A DNA stretch of 64,000 nucleotides from Alphaproteobacteria bacterium (GCA_020025875.1 JAHHRI010000002.1:1078-65077), one strand, 5' to 3'. Counted from the first letter of the stretch, positions 45,706-55,700 are shown. A program made the numbers and translations. Notes: generated by a model from the sequence alone, not told the origin.

Positions 45706-47499
45706 CTACATCTCGTATCCGCTGCGTGCGTCATATTGCCAGCCGCGGAAACCGTTTTTCCGCCCTTCGGCAACCGCTTCTTGCTGTTTGTTGTTTTTGA
45801 TTTGATTGATGCGCGAGGCAAGCAAACCGCCTCTTTGCGAATGTTGTGTCTCTCGCGCCGCCAAATCGTTTTCTTTGTCTTTAAGAGATTCTTGCTTGTC
45901 TTTAAGCTGCCCGTCTGTCGTTTGGTTGTTAACGGCTTCGTCACACATACTCTGCTGGCGGCGGGAAACATCTTCCTGCTGCGGATTTTTTATCTCGTTG
46001 TCGCGGCGCGCTTTCTCCTCCTCCGCTTCGCGTTTTGCTGTTTGCAGCTTTTGTTCTTCCGGCAGTTGTTGCGTGCGGCTCTGATTGTCTACCATTTTTT
46101 CTAAGTTGGTCAGCGTTTTGTTTGCCGGCGGTTCTTTTCCCATTTCCGCAATCTTGAAGCGAGTGATGGTATGGGCGGCGTTGTGAGATGCTTGCCAAGA
46201 CATATCATAGTAGCGCTGGATTGTCCCCGGCGTATTCAAATTCAGCGGGGACATGATGAAACTTGAAGACTCGGGTTTAACGTTTGTACCGGTGATATAT
46301 TTGTTCTGCTCTTTAATCGTTGCTTTGCTTAAAGAGGTGTGCTGCTGTATAAAATCGCTTTTAAATGTTTCCGCAATATCCTTGCCGTTAAACGCGGCGC
46401 CGTCTCTGGCGACTTTGTCAAGTATCCGCGCTTCCGCCATGTTGAGCGCCGTTTGATCGATCAGGGAATTGAAATAATTTTTTCTTCCCTCGTGTTGAGC
46501 AAAGCGAGCGCCTAATTTGCACATATCTTTTTGCGCGTTGACGAGGTCTTTGTGCTGCTGTTTTGCCAGCTCAAAAACCTCTTTGTCTTTGGGGTTGGAA
46601 CTGTTTTGGAGCTTTTTCATCGCTTTTTGTTTGCATTGACGGTCTTTTTTCAAATCTTCCCGCGTAATACCCAAGGTGCCGTATAATTTGTTTTCGCTGC
46701 TTGTCAATTGGTTTTGGGCATTGATAATTTCAAACATGGCCTTGTGTCGGGGATTTTCGATTTTGTTCGTATCAATGCGCCCGTCTTGAGTTTGATATTG
46801 TTGATATTGCTGAAGCTGCTCATTGTTGACGCCGTGTGTTTCCGCCAACATTTCAAGCGCGGAGCGATTGCCGATTTTGGCGTTCGGATCGTTTAGTCGC
46901 CCTTCGCCCAAAATGCGGCTCAGCTGATGAGTTTGCTCTTTTTGCTTGCGATGGCGTTCGGCGATGTTTTTGTTGTTTTGGGCCTTGAGCTCTTTGATTT
47001 TGTTATAGACATTATAGGCGTTTGTGGCTTTCCCCTGTTTAATATTTGCCAGATATTTGTTGCCTTTGTCGATCATATTGCGCTCTAACTTGTTGTAGGC
47101 ATTGCCGACGGTTTGTTCGATTTTTCCGCCGCTCCAGCAAAAAAACGCAATTAACCATTCGTTATACATATATTTGATGATATCGTCTTCCGAAAACTTC
47201 TTTTTTTCGGGGTCGTCCTCTTTGATATTGTCGTCTTTCTTTTCGTTGGTAACACCCTGCGCGTCGTTTTCGATTGCTTTCTTTTCATCTTCCAGTTTGG
47301 CACGCTGATCAACGGTTAAGATGTCGCTTTTAAGCTGCTGGTTGATTTCTACCAGCCTTTCTTGTTTGCTTTGATTGATGGTGACGGATGCTTTCTGCGC
47401 TGTTTTATCAGATGTCGCATTCCCTGGTTGCATCGCTGCAGGCTGGGGGCGTTCCTCCGGTGCTCTCGTCGGTTGAGATTTGCTTTCTTGTTCTGCCAT
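45706..47499 (-). CDS. hypothetical 597-aa Q/K/N/E-rich, largely coiled-coil protein
   Basis: Long uninterrupted ORF with a good RBS (AAAGAGGA). Has one short hydrophobic patch (EWLIAFFCWSGG). No catalytic motif recognised. Confidence 0.75.
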   Translation of the reverse strand: MAEQESKSQPTRAPEERPQPAAMQPGNATSDKTAQKASVTINQSKQERLVEINQQLKSDILTVDQRAKLEDEKKAIENDAQGVTNEKKDDNIKEDDPEKKKFSEDDIIKYMYNEWLIAFFCWSGGKIEQTVGNAYNKLERNMIDKGNKYLANIKQGKATNAYNVYNKIKELKAQNNKNIAERHRKQKEQTHQLSRILGEGRLNDPNAKIGNRSALEMLAETHGVNNEQLQQYQQYQTQDGRIDTNKIENPRHKAMFEIINAQNQLTSSENKLYGTLGITREDLKKDRQCKQKAMKKLQNSSNPKDKEVFELAKQQHKDLVNAQKDMCKLGARFAQHEGRKNYFNSLIDQTALNMAEARILDKVARDGAAFNGKDIAETFKSDFIQQHTSLSKATIKEQNKYITGTNVKPESSSFIMSPLNLNTPGTIQRYYDMSWQASHNAAHTITRFKIAEMGKEPPANKTLTNLEKMVDNQSRTQQLPEEQKLQTAKREAEEEKARRDNEIKNPQQEDVSRRQQSMCDEAVNNQTTDGQLKDKQESLKDKENDLAARETQHSQRGGLLASRINQIKNNKQQEAVAEGRKNGFRGWQYDARSGYEM

Positions 47500-47606
47500 C
47501 TTCAGGGTCCTCTTTAATCTAAGACTTTTATTAAAATCTGCTTATTGTCAAATTGTAGCATTGTTTTTTTGTTTTGTCTATAATTTTTCTATAAACTTTA
47601 CTTTGT

Positions 47607-48521
47607 CTATATTTTGAGCTTTTTTAAAAATTCTCCGATTTTTCGGTTAAAAACCAAGCCGTCTCGCGGGGACGGTTTGATCAGCCCGAAAAACTTCGGT
47701 TTTATTTTGTCAATTTTAATCGGGGCAAAGATTGCCGGATTGTTGGTCAGGGCCTTAAAAGAGCCTTCCGGATCTTTTTGCGCCACTTTGAAGTATCCGT
47801 GAACCAATTTTGTAGCATCGATGGGAAATTTTTTCTTTTCGATGGCATCAATATATTTGCGTGCCCGTTCGCCGCGTTTGCGGTGTTCTTCGATAATTTC
47901 TTCTTCGATCTTGCGGTGTTCATATTCCAGCAAGCGTTTTTCGTAAGCAATTTCACAACCCTCAATTTCAAACAGAATTTCGACATAAGAAACAACGGCC
48001 ATCTGCAAATTTTCGTCGGTATGCTGTTCGGCAAAATCCAGCAGTTCTTCGTCGCCGGCATTGGGTTGGATGTTGATGATGTCTTGGGGAAAAGCCTCAA
48101 ACATGGTATCCCAGCCCTGCAGAACGTCAATGCTGATCAGGTTGCCCAAGCTGGGGGTGTAGCGTGGGTATAAGACCTGCGCTTTAATATGGAAAACGGG
48201 GGCTTCCAAACCATGCGCGTCGGCAATGAACTGAATCGAATCAACATAGTTGCGGTATGCGGTGTAGAGCTTTTGTTCCGCCAGTTCGAGCGAGCCGGCC
48301 ACTTCTTTGTCGCTGGCGTTGGTTTTAATCGGTCGCGGTTCCGGTTCTTCCAACATGACGCGGGTGTTGTTTTTTTCTTCCTCGATGTTTTTTAGTTCCG
48401 ATTGGATAAAATTGTCGAGTAAAAGGTTAAATTCTTCATCCTCTTCAGCCGGAAAAGTTGCTTTGCCGTCGGGGACGTCTTCGGTCAGTCTTTTGATGAT
48501 GTCTTCAGAATTTTCGCTCAT
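47607..48521 (-). CDS. hypothetical acidic protein
   Basis: 304 aa from the ATG 48519-48521 with a GAGGT RBS that overlaps the stop of the upstream small ORF. The 68-aa N-terminal extension in the ORF track is discarded. Confidence 0.65.
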   Translation of the reverse strand: MSENSEDIIKRLTEDVPDGKATFPAEEDEEFNLLLDNFIQSELKNIEEEKNNTRVMLEEPEPRPIKTNASDKEVAGSLELAEQKLYTAYRNYVDSIQFIADAHGLEAPVFHIKAQVLYPRYTPSLGNLISIDVLQGWDTMFEAFPQDIINIQPNAGDEELLDFAEQHTDENLQMAVVSYVEILFEIEGCEIAYEKRLLEYEHRKIEEEIIEEHRKRGERARKYIDAIEKKKFPIDATKLVHGYFKVAQKDPEGSFKALTNNPAIFAPIKIDKIKPKFFGLIKPSPRDGLVFNRKIGEFLKKLKI

Positions 48522-48528
48522 TTTAACC

Positions 48529-48798
48529 TCAGTTGATATTGATGGTGGAAATTGTTTGATATGTTTCTGTGTCAAAAATAATAATTCGGTCTGCTTTGTC
48601 GCCGCCTTTTGCCAAAATATACAATTTTTTCCCCGCCGCAGCCATGCCGTCGATCCGCGAATGGGCGGGTTCTTTAAGAGTGACGTTTGCCGGCGGCGTC
48701 GGCTTGCCGCGCGTATGGGAAACAAGTTTGATAAAGCCGAAAAACAGCAAAAAAGTCAGGACAAAAACGACGGCTTTTAAGATCTTGAGCTTTGACAT
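48529..48798 (-). CDS. small membrane-anchored hypothetical protein
   Basis: 89 aa, one TM (AVVFVLTFLLFFGFI), then a beta-rich tail (KLYILAKGGDKADRIIIFDTETYQTISTI). Translationally coupled to 47607..48521. Confidence 0.55.
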   Translation of the reverse strand: MSKLKILKAVVFVLTFLLFFGFIKLVSHTRGKPTPPANVTLKEPAHSRIDGMAAAGKKLYILAKGGDKADRIIIFDTETYQTISTININ

Positions 48799-48878
48799 AA
48801 ACTTAAACCCTTGCAATTTGACAAATAACCTGTATACATCAAAAAAGATTATATAACATAAATTTTATTTTCGCAAAC

Positions 48879-49877
48879 ATGAATATGGATGACAGCAACA
48901 TATTTTTTACTTCTCCGGTCGATGATGGACAAACGGGGATGCGCTTGGATCTTTTTTTACGGGAAAAGGTTCCTTCCATGTCGCGCGTCCGGTTGCAAAA
49001 ACTGATTGTCGGCGGCTGTGTCAGTTTGGACGACGATATCGTTACCGACAAAGATTTTAAGGTGCGGGCGGGGGACAGTTTTACCGTTTTCGTGCCACCG
49101 GCGGAAGCTGCCGAACCGGTGGCGGAAAATATCCCGCTTGACGTGGTTTTTGAAGATGAAGATTTGATTGTTGTCAACAAACCGGCAGGAATGACCGTGC
49201 ATCCGGCCCCCGGCGTCTATTGCGGCACGTTGGTCAACGCCTTGTTGTACCATTGCCGCGATTGTTTGTCTGGAGTGGGCGGGGTGAAGCGACCGGGGAT
49301 TGTTCACCGAATAGATAAAGACACGAGCGGCTTGTTGGTGGTTGCTAAAAACGATTTGGCGCATCAGGGGCTGGCGGCGCAGTTTTTTGAACACAGCATT
49401 GAACGTACTTATTATGCCGTGGTTTACGGCTGCCCGCAACAGACAGAGGGAACGATTGTCGGCAATATCGCCCGCAGCCGTTACGACCGCAAGAAAATGG
49501 CGCTGGTTGCCACCGGCGGCAAGCACGCGGTGACGCATTATCGTTGTTTGCAAACCGCAAACGGCGCCGTCAGTTTGCTGCAATGCCGGTTGGAAACCGG
49601 ACGCACTCATCAAATTCGGGTGCATATGGCGTCAATCGGTTGCAATCTGGTCGGCGACAAGCTTTATGAAAAGGCGGGCAAAAGTCGGATTGTCGGTCTG
49701 CCGGCGGCAACAAAGTCTTTTGTCAATGCTTTCCCGAGGCAGGCTCTGCATGCCGCCTCGCTTGGCTTTGTTCATCCCGTAAGTCGGCAGTTTTTGCAGT
49801 TCTCGGTTGATTTTCCTGCGGATATGCACCTACTTTTAGATACCTGTTTACTAAATTTAGGTACTTCTCTGAAATAA
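48879..49877 (+). CDS. rluD: 23S rRNA pseudouridine synthase, RluA/RluD family
   Basis: S4 domain N-terminus (RLDLFL), HRIDKDTSGLLVVAK catalytic block, and GRTHQIRVH. Confidence 0.92.
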   Translation: MNMDDSNIFFTSPVDDGQTGMRLDLFLREKVPSMSRVRLQKLIVGGCVSLDDDIVTDKDFKVRAGDSFTVFVPPAEAAEPVAENIPLDVVFEDEDLIVVNKPAGMTVHPAPGVYCGTLVNALLYHCRDCLSGVGGVKRPGIVHRIDKDTSGLLVVAKNDLAHQGLAAQFFEHSIERTYYAVVYGCPQQTEGTIVGNIARSRYDRKKMALVATGGKHAVTHYRCLQTANGAVSLLQCRLETGRTHQIRVHMASIGCNLVGDKLYEKAGKSRIVGLPAATKSFVNAFPRQALHAASLGFVHPVSRQFLQFSVDFPADMHLLLDTCLLNLGTSLK

Positions 49878-49951
49878 AAACCTGTTTTAAAACAAAATAA
49901 ACATTCGGATTAAAGTTTTTTTGATCGGAAAGATTTTGTTTTGAGGAGGAT

Positions 49952-50830
49952 ATGATGGAAAATCAAGTTTCGTTTGACGTGCAGGACTTTTCGCCGGAGA
50001 TCAATTTGTCGCGGTATTTGCAGAATATTAAGCGCTTTCCGATTTTGACCCAAGAGGAAGAATATGATTTGGCCAAGGAATATATCAGGACTCGCAATGC
50101 TCAAATATCTTATCGGTTGGTGACGTCGCATTTGCGTCTGGTGGTCAAAGTGGTATCAAAATTTCGCGGATACGGTCTGCCGACGGCGGAGATGATTTCC
50201 GAAGGCAATATCGGGCTGCTGTATGCGGTTGACAAGTTTGATCCGGATAAAGGCTTTCGCTTTTCCACCTATGCGTTGTGGTGGATACGTGCCGCCGTTC
50301 AGAAATATGTGCTCAACTCATGGTCGTTGGTAAAAATCGGCACGACGTCGGCGCAGAAAAAGCTCTTTTTTAATCTGCGCAAAGTTAAAAATCGGCTGAA
50401 TTTGACAGATGATCGGGAGATGTCGCAAGATGTGATTAAAACTATTGCCAATTCGCTTGACGTCAGCGTGCAGGAAGTAACCAGCATGAACAACCGCCTC
50501 AAAGCCCATGACGGTTCCTTAAACGTGCAGCTTGACACTTCGTCGGACAGCGGTTCTGAATTGCTTGATTTTATTGCGGACAGCAAGCCCAATCAGGAAG
50601 AATGGCTCAGTCGGGCGGAAACGTTTAATTATCGCAAAAAGTTGTTCAATCAGGCGCTTGGCAGCCTTAACCCGCGCGAAAAAGACATTTTATTCAAACG
50701 CCGGTTGTTTGAAAAGTCGATTACGCTTGACGATCTCAGTAAGTCTTATGCCATTTCCAAAGAGCGGGTGCGGCAAATTGAACTCAACTCCATTCGCAAA
50801 ATCAGAAAAGCGGTTGAGGTGCTGCAATAA
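49952..50830 (+). CDS. rpoH: RNA polymerase sigma-32 (heat-shock) factor
   Basis: Region 2 (EGNIGLLYAVDKFDPDKGFRFSTYALWWIRAAV), the RpoH box SAQKKLFFNLRK, and a region 4 HTH (SKERVRQIE). Confidence 0.93.
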   Translation: MMENQVSFDVQDFSPEINLSRYLQNIKRFPILTQEEEYDLAKEYIRTRNAQISYRLVTSHLRLVVKVVSKFRGYGLPTAEMISEGNIGLLYAVDKFDPDKGFRFSTYALWWIRAAVQKYVLNSWSLVKIGTTSAQKKLFFNLRKVKNRLNLTDDREMSQDVIKTIANSLDVSVQEVTSMNNRLKAHDGSLNVQLDTSSDSGSELLDFIADSKPNQEEWLSRAETFNYRKKLFNQALGSLNPREKDILFKRRLFEKSITLDDLSKSYAISKERVRQIELNSIRKIRKAVEVLQ

Positions 50831-50868
50831 ACAAATTGAATCGGAGCGCAATGAGCGGAGGTTGACGG

Positions 50869-51483
50869 ATGATGAACAATGAGCAGGTCAAGGAGCGGAA
50901 CTTGTCCCCTGAAAACGGAAGCAGCCAAACCGGTCGGTACGGATATACCAAGCCGGACGATTATCCGAGCTGTATGTATGATGAAGAAACGGGGCTGCCG
51001 AGTTTTAACCTCTTTGAAGACCGTTTGATGATGGCGTTGATTAACGAAAGAGCGAAGAATCGGCGGATGCGGAAACAAAATATTGCGGTGATCGGTGTGG
51101 CTATTGAAAACTTTGCCGATTTTTCCGTGCCGTCCGTCCGCGCCGCGGTGATGCGCAAGACGGCGGAGCGCTTGACGGGGATTTTGCCGCCAAATCATAC
51201 CGTGGCTCGCGGCATCAACTATCCTTTTTGGATTATGATTCCTTCTCTGTCGACCGGAAAAGAGGCAGAAACATGGGTTGATAAAATAAGAGAGGCTCTC
51301 CGGCAGGAGGTTTCCGTTCGCGGGCAAGTGTATGGCTTACAATGTCGTTTCGGGGTCAGCCTTTTTGAACACGATCCGCAAGACACGGTAACGACTTTGG
51401 TCGGTAAGGCCATCGCTTCTTTGCAAAAAGCCGCTGCCGGTCATTGCGATGTTGTTTATTTTTTTGAGCTGGCTAAAGGTTAG
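50869..51483 (+). CDS. GGDEF-fold protein lacking the GGDEF signature (degenerate diguanylate cyclase-like)
   Basis: DEETGLPSFNLFEDRL resembles D-x-LTGLPNR-x-F. At the active-site position it has VARGINYPFWIMI instead of R-x-GGDEF. The tail is GVSLFEHDPQD...L...A..ALQKA. Confidence 0.6.
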   Translation: MMNNEQVKERNLSPENGSSQTGRYGYTKPDDYPSCMYDEETGLPSFNLFEDRLMMALINERAKNRRMRKQNIAVIGVAIENFADFSVPSVRAAVMRKTAERLTGILPPNHTVARGINYPFWIMIPSLSTGKEAETWVDKIREALRQEVSVRGQVYGLQCRFGVSLFEHDPQDTVTTLVGKAIASLQKAAAGHCDVVYFFELAKG

Positions 51484-52207
51484 GCAGGCATTTACCGCGG
51501 CGGAGAACACTGTCGGCTGCTTCGGAATAGGAACCGTCTGCATTGTGAATGGTCAATCCGGAGAGAATCCTTGCCGGCGCTTTAGAATCTTTGCGCGCGG
51601 AAATTAATATGCGTTTGGCGGGTTGTCCCGCTTTTGAATAAAGCGGAATGACGGTAACGGCGCCTGCTTTGTTATGCAGCGCGGCAAGGGTTTCCGTCAG
51701 CGCTGCCGTGCGATTGATCATGTAGAAATATCCTTGCGGGCGCATCATTTTTAGGGCAAAGGCAATCCACGACGCCAAATTGAACTGCTGATAATTGTGG
51801 GCAAAGGCTTTGCCGATATTGGGGGACGGCATATCATGTTCGGCGTAGGGCGGGTTGGTGATAACATGATGAAAGCTGCAGTTGGCAATATTTGGCAGTG
51901 GTCGGCGAATGTCGCAATTAAGGTAATGCAAATTGCCAAAACCGTTGGCTTCGGCACTTAGGTTGGACAGTTCGCTCAGTTGGGGTTGAATTTCCAATCC
52001 GGTTATTTTGCAGTCAGGAAAGCGGTGGGCAAGACATAAAGAAACGGCACCGGTGCCCGAACCGATGTCCAAAATTTGTTCGTTCGGCGCCGCACGGCTG
52101 ACCAATGCCGACAAAAAAACGGCATCAATCGAGGCGCGGTACCCGTTGTCGGGCTGAAAAATCCGCACCTGTCGGTCAAGCAGGTAATCTTCGCTGTAAT
52201 CTACCAT
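51473..52207 (-). CDS. SAM-dependent N6-adenine methyltransferase, TrmN6/YfiC-like
   Basis: SAM motif ILDIGSGTGAV and the catalytic VITNPPYAEH (NPPY). Confidence 0.8.
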   Translation of the reverse strand: MVDYSEDYLLDRQVRIFQPDNGYRASIDAVFLSALVSRAAPNEQILDIGSGTGAVSLCLAHRFPDCKITGLEIQPQLSELSNLSAEANGFGNLHYLNCDIRRPLPNIANCSFHHVITNPPYAEHDMPSPNIGKAFAHNYQQFNLASWIAFALKMMRPQGYFYMINRTAALTETLAALHNKAGAVTVIPLYSKAGQPAKRILISARKDSKAPARILSGLTIHNADGSYSEAADSVLRRGKCLPNL

Positions 52208-52234
52208 CGTCTGTTGTTCCGCTTATTTGCACGA

Positions 52235-52543
52235 TTATTTTTTCGTTGCCCGTTCGGAGGCTTGCCGCAACGATCTGACGGCGCTGGCGGCAATGTTTAA
52301 GCTTGAGGCGGCATTGATGTCATCGCCGTTTAAATTTAAACGTCGCATACAAAGACGTAATGCTTCCTGAGCGGCAGTCCACTCGTCGGCTGAGAGTTTT
52401 CCGCTTTCCTGCCAGCCGTAGATTTCTCCCAGCATACAAGAATTGAGCCGGCCGGTTGTCGTCCGCGGGGTTTTGTCGATCGGCGTTGCGGCGCAGCCGA
52501 CAATCAGCAGAGAGGAAAGGACGGCGATTGTGGTTTTGAGCAT
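52235..52543 (-). CDS. hypothetical lipoprotein
   Basis: Lipobox LLIVGCAAT. The ATG at 52541-52543 is preceded by AAGGAG. Confidence 0.55.
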   Translation of the reverse strand: MLKTTIAVLSSLLIVGCAATPIDKTPRTTTGRLNSCMLGEIYGWQESGKLSADEWTAAQEALRLCMRRLNLNGDDINAASSLNIAASAVRSLRQASERATKK

Positions 52544-52719
52544 GGTTTTCTCCTTTGTTTTTTTTGTTTTCATCCAACTTAAGAAAATTTTGCAAAGATT
52601 AGGTTAACAAATAAAAATATCTTCAAAAATGTCATTTTTTGATAGATTTTTGCATTCTTCCATGCTATAGGGAAAGCAGAAATTTTTTCTAACATGGTTA
52701 ACATTTACAAGGAAATAAA

Positions 52720-55700
52720 ATGTCAGAAGTGAAAATGAAAATGATGGACGGCAACGAGGCGGCTGCTTCGGTCGCTCATCGTATGAATGAAGTCTGCGTC
52801 ATTTACCCGATTACCCCGTCCTCGCCGATGGGCGAATGGGCTGACGCATGGTCTGCCGCCAAGCAGAAAAACTTGTGGGGTATTGTGCCGGAAGTGCAGG
52901 AAATGCAATCCGAGGCTGGTGCCGCCGGTGCCTGTCACGGTTCCGTACAGGCAGGCGCCCTGACCACAACCTTTACCGCTTCTCAGGGGCTGCTTTTGAT
53001 GATCCCCAATATGTACAAGATTGCCGGTGAGTTGTCTCCGTTTGTTATGCATGTGGCAGCCCGTTCGCTGGCTTATCATGCCCTGTCCATTTTCGGTGAT
53101 CATACCGACGTTATGAGCTGTCGCCAGACCGGTTTTGCCATGTTGGCTTCCAACTCGGTGCAGGAAGCTCACGATATGGCTGCAATCGCTCAGACTTCCA
53201 CCCTGCGTTCGCGCGTTCCGTTTATGCACTTCTTTGACGGGTTCCGCACCTCTCACGAAATTAAAAAGACAAAAGTGCTTTCCGATGATGATTTGAGAGC
53301 AATGTTGGAAGGCGTGGACTATGCTTTCAACGCCAAACACGCACTGCGTCCGGAAGCGCCGGTTGTTCGCGGTACCGCACAAAATCCCGATGTCTTTTTC
53401 CAAGGGCGCGAAGCTTGCAACCCTTATTATGATAAAGTGGAAGGCATTGTTCAGGAAGAAATGGACAAGTTCGCCAAAATTTCCGGTCGTCAGTATCGGG
53501 TTGTTGACTACACCGGCGCTGCCGATGCCGAACAGGTTATCGTGATTATGGGTTCTGGCGCCGAAACGGTTGAAGAAACAATCAGCTACCTGAACGACGA
53601 AGGCGCAAAGCTGGGCGTTTTGAAAGTTCATTTGTATCGTCCGTTCCCCGAAAAGTCTTTCCTGAAAGCCTTGCCGAAATCGGTTAAGGTGGTTTCCGTT
53701 TTGGATCGCACCAAGGAATCTGGTTCGATCGGTGAGCCGTTGTATCTTGACGTGGTTGCCACTTTGACACAGGCTTTTGCCAACGGCGAAATAGCCAATA
53801 TGCCGAAAATTGTCGGCGGACGCTATGGTTTGTCCTCCAAAGAGTTTACTCCGGGTATGGTTAAGGCCGTATTTGATAATGGTTTTGCCGCTCACCCGAT
53901 CAACGGTTTTGCCGTCGGCATTACCGATGACGTAACTCACAAATCTTTGGCTTTTGACGATTCAATCGATACCGAACCCAAAGATGTCGTCCGCGCGGTA
54001 TTTTATGGCTTGGGCGCAGACGGTACGGTCGGTGCCAATAAAAACTCAATCAAAATTATTGCCGAAGATGCCGGCAAATATGGTCAGGGCTATTTTGTTT
54101 ACGACTCTCGCAAATCGGGTTCCATGACCACTTCTCACTTGCGTTTTTCGGATAACCCGATTAAATCGGCTTATCTGATTAATAAAGCGGACTTTGTCGC
54201 CTGTCACCAGTTCCCGTTTATGAACAAGGTGGATATTTTGAAAATTGCTAAGCCGGGGGCGACCTTCCTGCTGAATGCACCTTATGATGCCAAAGAAGTA
54301 TGGAATCACCTGCCGATTGAAGTTCAGGAAGAAATTATTGCCAAAAAGCTGAACTTCTACAGCATCAACGCCATTGAGGTTGCGCGCGAAACTGGTATGG
54401 GACAGCGCATTAACACGGTTATGCAAACCTGTTTCTTCGCCATTTCCAATATCTTGCCCAAAGATGAGGCTATTGCGCAGATCAAAAACGCCATTAAGAA
54501 AACCTACAGCAAAAAAGGCGATGCCATTGTTCAGAAAAACTTTGCCGCGGTTGATGCCTCGCTTGCTCACCTGCACAAGGTGGAATATCCGTCTGAGGTT
54601 ACTTCGACTTTCCGTCGTCAGGCTCCCGTTCCTGCCAATGCGCCGGAGTTTGTTAAGAAACTGACGGCCGAGCTGATTGCCGACCGCGGTGACAAACTGC
54701 CCGTTTCGGCTTTTGGCGAAGTTGTCGACGGCACATGGCCGACAGGTACCACTCAATATGAAAAACGCTGCATTGCTACGGAAATTCCAGTTTGGGATCC
54801 TGCCGTCTGCATTCAATGCGGCAAGTGTTCTCTTGTTTGCCCGCACGGGGTTATCCGTATGAAGATCGCTTCTGAAGACGAATTGAAAAATGCCCCCGCC
54901 GGCTTTAAGTCTGCCGCCTATAAGGGTAAGGAATTTGCCGGCAAACAGTTTATCTGGCAAATGTCGCCGGAAGATTGTACCGGTTGCGGTATCTGCGTTT
55001 CTGCCTGTCCGGCAAAAAATAAGGCCGATCCGAGCAAAAAGGCAATCAATATGGAGCATATCGAAAACCATCTTGAGGAGCAGGTTGCCTGCTGGAATTT
55101 CTTTGAAAAACTGCCGTATGTCAAGCGCACGGAAGTTGCCAAAAATCTGCCCAAGACTACCCAGATGATTCAACCATTGTTTGAGTTCTCCGGTGCTTGC
55201 GCCGGTTGTGGCGAAACACCGTATGTTAAGTTGCTGACACAGTTGTTCGGTGACCGTATGGTGGTTGCCAATGCGACCGGTTGTTCCTCCATTTATTCCG
55301 GTAACTTGCCGACAACTCCTTATGCCAAAGACGAAAAAGGACATGGTCCGGCTTGGGCAAACTCGCTGTTTGAAGACAACGCGGAGTTTGGTTTGGGTAT
55401 GAGATTTTCGATTGATCAGCAAACGGCTTTTGCCAAAAAGCTGTTGGAAGATCAGAAAGATCAGATCGGCGCCGAACTGGTTGAAAAAATTCTGACCAAC
55501 CCACAGTCGACAGATGCCGAAATTGATGAACAGCGCGCCAATGTTAAGGCTTTGCGTGAAAAACTGGCAACGGTTGACAGCGAGGAAGCCAAACACCTGA
55601 ACGAACTGGCAGACTACCTGATTAAAAAGTCGGTATGGATTTTGGGCGGCGACGGCTGGGCTTATGATATCGGCTTCGGCGGTTTGGATCATGCCATTGC

